Assembly: GCA_951406725.2 (NCBI GenBank)
Contig: OX597817.1
Coordinates: 136,958,001-137,022,000 of the forward strand
Source of the DNA: Octopus vulgaris
Taxonomy: Eukaryota
Direction: 5' to 3'
Length of the DNA stretch: 64,000 bases
The translations under genes were made by a program, and so were the position numbers. The notes below the pieces were generated by a model that ran no database searches, was not told where the DNA came from, and saw only the letters and a list, made by a program, of their open reading frames with translations. This document shows positions 12,345 through 24,810 of the stretch, piece after piece; the first letter of the stretch is position 1, and every line of letters begins with the position of its first letter.

Positions 12345-12924
12345 TGAAGAGGAATTGTTGTTGAGCATCAAGCAGGAACCTCCATGTGAGATTGAAAGTA
12401 ATGGCATGAATCATTCCTCATCGTTATTACGCCCCTCAGAACTGGCCATGTTGAGTTCACCAGATCCAGGTTTAATGTCGTCTTCAGAGACAGCCACAAT
12501 GGTTGGAGGGGCATTAAAGAGCTCACTTATGGTTGGCGGAGCGTCTAAAAGCTCAGTAATGTGTAACCATGCTAGCGATCACTCTGATATGTCCCCATCA
12601 ATTATGTGTCCAACCTCAAACCCTTCACTTTTGTGTTCAACTGCTGACGGGCCATCAAGTATGTGCTCGGTATCGAGTGAAACTGCTGCGATGAGTCAGG
12701 CCTCTGATCCATGCCCATCACCTACAGACAGCGTAGCAACCACTGAAGCTAAGGATAGTGCCATTGATTTCTCAATGGTTGATGAAGCACCACCACCACC
12801 ACCACCAACATCATCATCACCACCGCCACCATCACCAGTCTCTGCATCTGATAGACTAGAATCTAATGTACGAAATCCTTCATCTTCTGCTAGTCATTTG
12901 GCTTCACATTCCCCAGATGCATAA
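12345..12924 (+). CDS. Terminal coding exon: Ser/Pro-rich low-complexity C-terminus of a probable nuclear regulator
   Basis: Acceptor 'ttctatttatttcag'. AG+T completes Ser, then EEELLLSIKQEPP... stays open to TAA at 12922-12924. The product class is an inference from short motifs only. Confidence 0.85.
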
Positions 12925-13006
12925 CTGGTACTTAGTTCAGATGACAATCATTCATAATTTCTGGAAACAAAGCAAGACTAGTGATAACAACAACGATGCC
13001 AAAACA

Positions 13007-13042
<36 letters not shown>

Positions 13043-13638
13043 CATGACAATAATAAAAATAGTATCGGTGTAAATTGTTAACAAAGACGATGCTGGTAAC
13101 AACTGTTATTGTTGTAATTATAAATATCATTATTATTATTATTACCACTACCACTGCTAATTAGTACTACAACTACTACTGGTGTCATCATTAAGACTAC
13201 AAAAAAAAATGTAAAAATTGTTCAATGATGTCACACATCGAAGTAAAAACAAACAAAAAAAAACATTAACAACATAGAATTTAAAAAAAAGAAAAGCCTT
13301 CATTAGAATCATTAATTAGTTGTACCCGTCTGAGAGACTAAAGGGTTAAACTCATTAATTATGGTAAATGCAGTTCCAAATATCTTTTTAAGACTAACAT
13401 TTCTCCCTTTGGAATAAAACAGCAAAAAATAAAAAGGAACAAACCGTCATGATGATGATGATAGCTAAAGGGAGGAAATAAATATTGGGCAAAAAAGACA
13501 AAAAATTATAAACTTTTAAAATGTCATAATGATAATAATAATAATAATAAACCAAAAATGAAAGGACAAAAACATTCAGGAAATAGAAAGAGGGAATGAG
13601 AAAGACAGAGAATGTGTGTGTCTGTGAGAGAGAATGAA

Positions 13639-13671
<33 letters not shown>

Positions 13672-15267
13672 GTGCGAGAGAGATGGTAAATAACCGGAAG
13701 GGAGAAAGATTTTAAATAAAGAATTTATTGTGGATTTGAAGAGATTTCTAAATTGGTTTTCAAAAACAAGAAACAAATGAATCAGTGTTGCCTCCACCTA
13801 TGTGTTTTTTTTTTTTTTTTAGTTTGTTAATTAATGGTTTTGGTAAGACTGGTTTAATTAAATGTGTGATGAAGGAAAGAAAAGAAAACAATTGATGTAA
13901 AGAAATCAGGTACATGTTAGGGTTGTGGAAGTGAGAGAGAGAAAAAAATATTTTTAAACAGATTTGTGTGTTTTAGGTGAAGATGTGTGGTTTTCAGGAA
14001 AACAACTCAAAGGATATTATGTGTGTGTGTGTGTGTGTGTGTTGGACAATCGTCCCGAATTGGTTACCTCACCCTTTCTATAATTACTACTACAACTATT
14101 AGTACTATTACCATTGTTAGTAGTGGTAGTAGTAGTAGGACTGTTGCTGCTGCACTCACACTCAAACAAGCAAACAAAACAAAACAAAAAAAAATGAGAA
14201 GAGTATTATTTTGTTGTATATAAAATGTTTTCTGTCAGTTCCCAAAGATGGAGCAACATTGAATTTTCATTTTGCAGGTTTTTAAAATGAAAGAAATTAA
14301 AACAACCCCAAATATGGATAACACGAAGAGCAAAGAGAAAGAATTTTTTTTTTTTTTTCCTTTAGGAAAAAATTATTTTGGGAAAAAAAAATAATCATTT
14401 TACTTTTCGTCAATGTTTTCTTCCTCATTTATCATCCAGTAGAATTATCATTCCCCACTTGGTTTATTTCTTCACTTTCCCTGCCATCATCCTTACCATT
14501 TCTTCATCATTTCATTTCATTTCCCAGTTATTTTGTCTTCTGTGTACTTCAATTTTACACAAAATAACTGACTAGATAAAGTAACTGGTGTCCCTTTTTG
14601 ATGGTGGGAGTCATGTCATGCAGTCATTTTGTTGAGAGTGCGGGTAAGACACTTTATTCTATGTGGACAGCAAATGGAAGCAACAGAGTCCAGGTTTCTG
14701 AGATGACAATGCAGAGAGGGATAAACTTCAACTCCAAGTTGTTAATATTTGTCTTCATAGAAACTCATCTCAATTTGCAAGCTCTCCTTCATTCTCTGTG
14801 CCTCAATTCACCTATATGTTGGGAGGGAACATGCAATACACTTTTCACTGGGAAATACTATCTGCAAAGGACTAGTGTCTTATCCAGGGGTTTATCGGTT
14901 ATCTAAGTCAACATCATTATCAATCATCTTCCAGCTTGTCAGTTCCATCTAATTCTTCATTATTTATCACACATCCCCCTCCTCTTTACCTTAAGTTATT
15001 TATATTTTATAATCTCTTCTGAAACTATTACAATACCTGATCAAAGACGTCCAGCAGAGTTTCAAGAGATTTTACTAATCAATAGACAAATTCATCCATT
15101 TGTGTGTGTGTGTGTGTGTGTACACAGGTATTTATGTGTAAAAATGTATTCATAAAAATTTGTTTTCATTTAACAAGTGAAAATGGGTCAAAATAAAGTA
15201 GATTAATTTAATACATACATAATTATGATGTATGCATATCCATTCAAGTGTGTGTCTGGTGTGCATA

Positions 15268-15315
<48 letters not shown>

Positions 15316-16150
15316 CACACACACATGTAGTCTGATGCATGGAAATGTGGACATTAAAATGTGTGTGTGTGTGTGTGTGTGTGTGCACGTGCATGTATGT
15401 ATTTGTCTTCTGTCATTTTCTGTTCTGTTTCATTCTTCTCTGTAAGTGTTCACCGTTTGGTGTTTCAGTGTCCCATTTACTGGAGTTCTGTTACAGATTT
15501 CCAGCCCCATGGTAAAGTAGTTGTGGGCAAGGTGAGAAAAAGCCCCCTGTAGTCAGTTCCAAGTGTTATAAGTAGTTTAAACTACTGTGATGTTGTTGAC
15601 TACTGCAGTTGTCTGCATTAGAACTCTGCACTCCAGTAGCAATAAAAATACAGGTGATTTTTTTTTTCTCATGAGAGTTAGAAAATTGGACAGGTGTAAG
15701 ATATACAAAAAAATATAAAAAATATGAAAAAAAAAAGGAAAAGGAACAGCATGTGAAGATAATAAAAGTTGTGATGAAAATACAGATAACAACAATATTG
15801 TACAAATGTGTTTATTTTGTGTTGCCATCCATTGATGTGGTATTGTCTTTATCAAAGAGTGATAATGCTTCAGAACTGAGGTTGTACTATCTGACATCCT
15901 ACTGCCCTCTCTCTCTTTCTCAGTAGTTATATAATCTAAAATTTTTGGTTTCTCTTGGAGCAAGTGTCGTAATTGTAAGAACTAATGTGAAGTTGTGATG
16001 GTCATTGTTTAGTATTTGCTTTCAATTTCACTTCCCACTACACCAAACACTTGGGCAGTTTCGATAGGAATGAGAGTATAATAGACAAAACATGCACACT
16101 TATTTCATCTGCTTTCAAAAAATAAATATCAGTGAGGACGCCCAATGTTG
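12925..16150 (+). other. Probable long 3' UTR (end uncertain)
   Basis: About 3 kb essentially free of recognisable TEs after the stop codon, with A/U-rich runs and several AATAAA (e.g. 16121). Confidence 0.45.
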
Positions 16151-16959
16151 GAGAAGCAAAAATATATATATAATTAAATAATTACAAAATGGTGCCCCAT
16201 GTAATCTGTTTCTATCTAGAAATTAAAATAGGAACCTTCCACCCCCTCCAAAATCCCTAATATACTGAATATAATGAAACTAATTAAAAATTTATAATAC
16301 CATCTCACAGCACAGAAAGCCAACAAGGATTTTGGTAAAGAGAAATTTCTGAAATTGCTACTGTATCATCTGCTGAAGAAATTTCTTAAACAAAAAATTC
16401 AAACAATAGAAAAGATTTTGAAGTTATCAATCAGTAAATAATACCTAAAGTGAGGATGGATTTATCTATTTCCATATGAGCAATGCAAATGAAAAGTCTT
16501 GCGAAATATAAGACGATGTCAAATGAAAAAGGAAGAGATGAGATATTGTATTACTTCACAGAGGTTGTGCATTGATTCTATAAAATTTCAGAAAACATTG
16601 CTTTTCAAATATTTTCTTATATTTGAAAAGCGGAAGCTTTCCTGAAATATTATAGGATCATTAAACAACCCCCATAAAGCAATCCAATATCTTTTCACCG
16701 ATCGCTTTTTTTTTTCTCTCGGTACATGCTAGAATTGCTCAGTGATTTTGCGGCCCTTCTCCATTACTTGTGTAAGCTGTTTGGAGGCATTTTCCTATTG
16801 GTCTACAATTATTCTGTGGCTTGTGCATATTTTGTTATCTTACTAATTGTTGAAATGTTAAGTTACTTTTAAGATTTCATATGTAAGAATCACGTTCAGT
16901 GGAAATTTTCGTTCCTTAATATTAGCTTAATTGGAGAGACAGTGTAGACCTCGTCTTTT

Positions 16960-19190
16960 TAATTGCAAATGATTCTCAAATGAGATTGGCCAGTGAAGAA
17001 CCGACTTTCGAAGCCCTTTTGCAGATGACGAACGACAGCAACCTTGTCTTTAGAGATAGTGACTCTAACTGCCATGATGGGCAGCAAATCAATTGATTTC
17101 ACAGTTTACATGGAGACTATAGCTTTGGTTCTAGAAACGAGGAGGGAACAAGATTCATGGAGTTCTGTGATACAACTGATCTTAGCACACTAAGTTCGAT
17201 TCTCACCAGAAAACGAGATCTGCAGACACTTGTGAATACAAATTCCTCCGGTGAGGAATGTATAACTCAACATAGGTTAGTGGCGTCAGACTTAAGAAAC
17301 TCAGGGACAAAACATTATGGAAAAAAAGTTATGGAAGTTTAAAAATTAAGTCAATAGTTGGAAATTTAGAAAAATACAAGTTGAAGCACTTGGTGACACA
17401 AAAAGAGATTGACATTCATAAAAGAAATGAACTGGAAGTTACTACTGAGATCGATGGGCCAAATCTGTGGCCAGTGCAAAGTTCCAGCCAGACCAAGGAT
17501 GAAACGGTGGTAAGGCAGTGAAGAAGAGAGAGCCATAAAAACGAAGAGACCGGTTTGGAAAAATGGATGCAGCAGAAAGAGGCGTGTCACTGTTCTGGGT
17601 TGGAATGATTCAAGAAAGAAAAGGGCATGGAAGTATAACTACAAGAAAAGGCTTTTAAATATGGAGAATGCATGGGAGAAGGAGAGCCATCCTCATGTGG
17701 ACCTAAGAGAGGGGCCAGTCGTCCTATTCAACAACTATAATAGATAAGGCAATTAAGGATTAAAAGGCAGGAACAGCTCTTGGTTCATCGAGAATGCTGA
17801 GATGCTTAAAATATCTGGCGGAGTAGGATATGGTCTAGTCATCTGTATATTTAATCAGGTTATTGAGGAAGATGTAATCGGCATTGAGTGGTGTAGCAGC
17901 ATTATAGTCAGCTGTTACAAGAGTAAAGGAGATGCCTAAGATAGAATCCAAGAGGTATCAAATTGCTGGACCATGTCATGAAAGTTGCGGAGAAAGTTAA
18001 AAGCGCAATAAATTACAAACAGAATTAGAGAAGACGAGAAACAGTTTGCTTTTGCGCCAAAGAGAACTACTAATGATGCTCTCTTTGTAAGAAGTAAACT
18101 GAAACAATATTCAACCAAAAGTCAGTCGATTTACTTGACATTTGCTGACTTGGAGAAAGCCTTCAATAGGTGACCTTGTCCTGTGATTTGGCGAGCGAGA
18201 AGCTTGTAAAAGCTATACAGGAGTGCTGCTGTCTGTAAGGTTAGCAACAAGTACAGTAACGAATTAGTGTAAGGGAAGTTCTCTAAGGCTCAGGTCTTTA
18301 TCCCCCTCCTATTCATCATTGTCCTCTGACTCATAACAGGAATTTGAGACCGGTTACTGTTGGGAACGATTAATATGTTGATGACTTCGTGCTTTTATCA
18401 AATTCTACATTAGAATTAGAAAAGAAATTTTGTGTGGAAGTAAAACCTGGAATCATGAGGCGTTAAAGTTAGTTTATCAAAGGCCAAAGTTCTTGTAAGC
18501 ATGAAAACGGACAAACCAGGAAATGGCTCTCTGCTCGCTGTGTAGGAAATGTGCATGTAGAAATTCTGTATGGTGTCTCCAGTACAAGCTACAGACATAA
18601 GAGATGCCGTTGGATAACAGAAGGGTTGATAGAGGAAGAAGGTTTTGTGATAGTTGCAATAAACCCCAAGGACACACGAAAATTCGTTTTTCTCGAATGT
18701 CCAGGAGGTTCATTGGAGGTAATAGTCTATGTTGCCTAGGTGATCTAATTAGAAGAAGAGGAAGATGTTCTGAAAGTTTAGCTACAATACGAACAGGTTG
18801 GAGAAAGTTCTAGAGAGTTATTACATTTAATGGTAACAGGTTTCTGTTAGAGTGAAAAGGCAGATTGTATGGTGCCTGTGTATGAGCAGAAATGCTACGT
18901 AATGATGAAACATGGGTCCTGAATGCAGAGGACATACGAAAACTAGAAGAGAATGACGGTAATACGCTCCACTGGGTTTGTCATGTCAGTGTGCATGTAC
19001 GACAAAGTGCAAATGGGTTGAGAAAAGAATTGGGTTTAAGTGGACTCAAATGGGGCAGAATTTGTGAAAGAGAGAAGAAAGAAGACATAGGACGAAGTAA
19101 TGAAGTGGATCTTATAAAGTGGCGCCTCAAAAGGGACGATGACAACGAATCGAGATGACGGGCAATCCGTCGTATCACAAAAGACCCCTC
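16960..19190 (+). pseudogene. Decayed RTE-clade LINE (AP endonuclease plus RT)
   Basis: RNEEGTRFMEFC and GEECITQHRLV (endonuclease end); FADLEKAF, PLLFIIVL and YVDD (RT); IRTGWRKF and ETWVL. Many stops. Confidence 0.85.
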
Positions 19191-19519
19191 CGTCTCGGAG
19201 AAAGTCTTAAAGACATTGTTTTTCTGTACATTCACTGGGCCCTGCTAATGCACACATCTGTCTCTATTTCTTATCTTTCTAACACCTATCCCTCTTCGAA
19301 CTATGGCACAGCTCAATAGCGTAGATATTTCCATTTGTGCAGCTAGTTACTCCCCTCCCTTCTCCCTTAAATAATAAGAAACAACTCGGCCGATATCATC
19401 CCATTATGGTTCAACGTTGCCCGATTTAAGACGGGAAAACTGAATAGCATCTAACTTATTTAAGTTATAACTCGTGTATTTATGTAGTTCTCTTTCGTTT
19501 ATAAACAAAACGCGCACTA

Positions 19520-19809
19520 GTATATATATATATATATATATAGATCGACAGATAGATATAGACAGATATATATATATATATAGATAGACAGATAGATATA
19601 GACAGATATATATATATATATATATAGATAGACAGATAGATATAGACAGATATATATATATATATATATAGATAGACAGATAGATATAGACAGATATATA
19701 TATATATATATAGATAGACAGATAGATATAGACAGATATATATATATATATATATATATATAGATAGACAGATAGATATAGACAGATATATATATATAGA
19801 TAGACAGAT

Positions 19810-19862
<53 letters not shown>

Positions 19863-19895
19863 TAGACAGATATATATATATATATATAGATAGAT

Positions 19896-19938
<43 letters not shown>

Positions 19939-20179
19939 TAGACAGATATAGACAGATATATATATATATATATAGATAGACAGACAGATAGATATAGACA
20001 GATATATATATATATATATAGATAGACAGACAGATAGATATAGACAGATATATATATATATATATAGATAGACAGACAGATAGATATAGACAGATATATA
20101 TATATATATAGATAGACAGACAGATAGATATAGACAGATATATATATATATATAGATAGACAGACAGATAGATATAGAC

Positions 20180-20214
<35 letters not shown>

Positions 20215-20365
20215 CAGATAGATATAGACAGATATATATATATATATATAGATAGACAGACAGATAGATATAGACAGATATATATATATATATATATATA
20301 CAGACAGATAGATATAGACAGATATATATATATATATATAGATAGACAGACAGATAGATATAGAT

Positions 20366-20400
<35 letters not shown>

Positions 20401-20401
20401 T

Positions 20402-20438
<37 letters not shown>

Positions 20439-20541
20439 ATAGATAGATATAGACAGATATATATATATATATATATATATAGATAGATAGATATATATAG
20501 ATATATATATATATATATATATATATAAGATAGATATAGAC

Positions 20542-20576
<35 letters not shown>

Positions 20577-20636
20577 TAGATATATAGATATATATATATA
20601 TATATATAGATAGACAGACAGATAGATATAGACAGA

Positions 20637-20669
<33 letters not shown>

Positions 20670-20686
20670 CTGTGTGTATATATATA
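19520..20686. repeat. Compound microsatellite (TA)n/(GATA)n/(GACA)n
   Basis: Directly visible; the block 'tagatagacagatagatatagacaga(ta)n' is itself reiterated. Confidence 0.97.
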
Positions 20687-20772
20687 TAAGGTATGTAGAA
20701 AAATACAACATGGACAAGACCGTATAACTCTTAGAAGACGACACAATAAACACGGACAGGACATTCGAAACC

Positions 20773-20840
20773 CTCAGTCTTCAGTCAAGAACCGGATCAT
20801 CGTAGTAATTTCGGCTGATTAATCTTGAGATTACTAGATC
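20773..20840 (-). ncRNA. Candidate rearranged hammerhead ribozyme, copy 1
   Basis: UAGUAA-UC^UCAAGA-uuaa-UCAG-cc-GAAA-UUACUA-cgaugauccggu-UCUUGA-CUGAAGA-CUGA: complete core and three complementary stems. Confidence 0.65.
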
Positions 20841-21612
20841 ACGGCCAGCCCTCCAAGAAAAACCAAGCAACGAGCATTAGAAAAACTAAGCTGGAAGCGT
20901 AGATTTCCTGGAAGAAGGATCGAATGCATACGAACACCAGGACAGCAAAAGGGACAGATATAAAAAAACAAAAAACAATAATGGAATACAGAAACATGAA
21001 ATACAGAAGCATTAACGGTGAAAACAACAGTGTCTTACGACTGATAACAAGCAAACAAATTTTTTCTCTGGCGCAATGGAAAAAGCCTTTATAGTGGCGG
21101 ACGAAAACAGCGATGTTAACAGAACGAGGGTCAGAGGCTGAAAGGCAGATTTCGGCCAACAGTCACGTGACAGAGAAGAGGGAAAAGAAAAGAAAGAGAA
21201 GCAAAGGAAGAGAGAGAGAGAGGAGGGACAAACGCAACAAAGAGAGAGAAGAGAGAGAAAGAAGGAATCAGAGAGGAGAAGGGATGGGTGTCGAAGAATG
21301 ACCTGTGAGTGCAGAGCGAGACAAAGAAATAGGAGGGTAGTGGAAGACTAGACCAAAGAATCAGAGGAAAGAGAAGAGAAAAAGAGGATGAGTAGAGAGA
21401 AAAGAGAGAGAGGGGGACAGATCAAGTAAAAATGAGAGAGAGAGACAAACAGAGAGTCGTACCAATTATTAAGAATATGTGCTCACATAAATGTTAAGGG
21501 GGGTACGGGGCGCCTGGAATATATGTTAAGGTATGTAGAAAAATACAACATGGACAAGACCGTATAACTCTTAGAAGACGACACAATAAACACGGACAGG
21601 ACATTCGAAACC

Positions 21613-21680
21613 CTCAGTCTTCAGTCAAGAACCGGATCATCGTAGTAATTTCGGCTGATTAATCTTGAGATTACTAGATC
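21613..21680 (-). ncRNA. Candidate rearranged hammerhead ribozyme, copy 2
   Basis: Identical to copy 1, shifted by +840. Confidence 0.65.
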
Positions 21681-22456
21681 ACGGCCAGCCCTCCAAGAAA
21701 AACCAAGCAACGAGCATTAGAAAAACTAAGCTGGAAGCGTAGATTTCCTGGAAGAAGGATCGAATGCATACGAACACCAGGACAGCAAAAGGGACAGATA
21801 TAAAAAAACAAAAAACAATAATGGAATACAGAAACATGAAATACAGAAGCATTAACGGTGAAAACAACAGTGTCTTACGACTGATAACAAGCAAACAAAT
21901 TTTTTCTCTGGCGCAATGGAAAAAGCCTTTATAGTGGCGGACGAAAACAGCGATGTTAACAGAACGAGGGTCAGAGGCTGAAAGGCAGATTTCGGCCAAC
22001 AGTCACGTGACAGAGAAGAGGGAAAAGAAAAGAAAGAGAAGCAAAGGAAGAGAGAGAGAGAGGAGGGACAAACGCAACAAAGAGAGAGAAGAGAGAGAAA
22101 GAAGGAATCAGAGAGGAGAAGGGATGGGTGTCGAAGAATGACCTGTGAGTGCAGAGCGAGACAAAGAAATAGGAGGGTAGTGGAAGACTAGACCAAAGAA
22201 TCAGAGGAAAGAGAAGAGAAAAAGAGGATGAGTAGAGAGAAAAGAGAGAGAGGGGGACAGATCAAGTAAAAATGAGAGAGAGAGAGAGACAAACAGAGAG
22301 TCGTACCAATTATTAAGAATATGTGCTCACATAAATGTTAAGGGGGGTACGGGGCGCCTGGAATATATGTTAAGGTATGTAGAAAAATACAACATGGACA
22401 AGACCGTATAACTCTTAGAAGACGACACAATAAACACGGACAGGACATTCGAAACC

Positions 22457-22524
22457 CTCAGTCTTCAGTCAAGAACCGGATCATCGTAGTAATTTCGGCT
22501 GATTAATCTTGAGATTACTAGATC
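22457..22524 (-). ncRNA. Candidate rearranged hammerhead ribozyme, copy 3
   Basis: Identical to copy 1, shifted by +1684. Confidence 0.65.
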
Positions 22525-22750
22525 ACGGCCAGCCCTCCAAGAAAAACCAAGCAACGAGCATTAGAAAAACTAAGCTGGAAGCGTAGATTTCCTGGAAGAA
22601 GGATCGAATGCATACGAACACCAGGACAGCAAAAGGGACAGATATAAAAAAACAAAAAACAATAATGGAATACAGAAACATGAAATACAGAAGCATTAAC
22701 GGTGAAAACAACAGTGTCTTACGACTGATAACAAGCAAACAAATTTTTTC

Positions 22751-24476
<1,726 letters not shown>

Positions 24477-24810
24477 TGTTTCTTTATTGGCCACACAGGT
24501 CTGCACACAGATGGGACAAATTACAAGGTAGAGCTTTTCTTTTGGGGGATGAAAAAAAAAAGTGGCGTAGGTTTTCGATCAAAAGGGATCGTAAAAGGAA
24601 AAAAGAAAGAAAAGGAAAAAGAAGAAAAAAGGGGAAGAGGAAAAAAAACGATCAATATGGATCGTGTATCACAGTGTCATGATGTACGGTGTAAAGTTTA
24701 TCCGTGGGAAGAAAAGCCTACGAAAAAGATCACGGTAACCTCGGTCAATATCGTTATATGTTACCACATTTGTTTGCAAGTGGGTAACCCTCTGCTTTCA
24801 ATTTCTGGGT

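Larger units (their letters stand above)
20687..22750 (-). mobile_element. Tandem array of a non-coding 840-bp unit (about 2.45 copies); retrozyme- or Penelope-pLTR-like
   Basis: Units start at 20687, 21527 and 22371 (periods 840 and 844, differing in (GA)n length). The third copy stops at 22750. Each unit carries a hammerhead-like motif. Confidence 0.8.

Noticed and set aside
20839-21159. 106-aa hydrophobic ORF repeated in the 840-bp units
   Set aside because: Non-ATG start and driven by T-rich composition; no recognisable domain.
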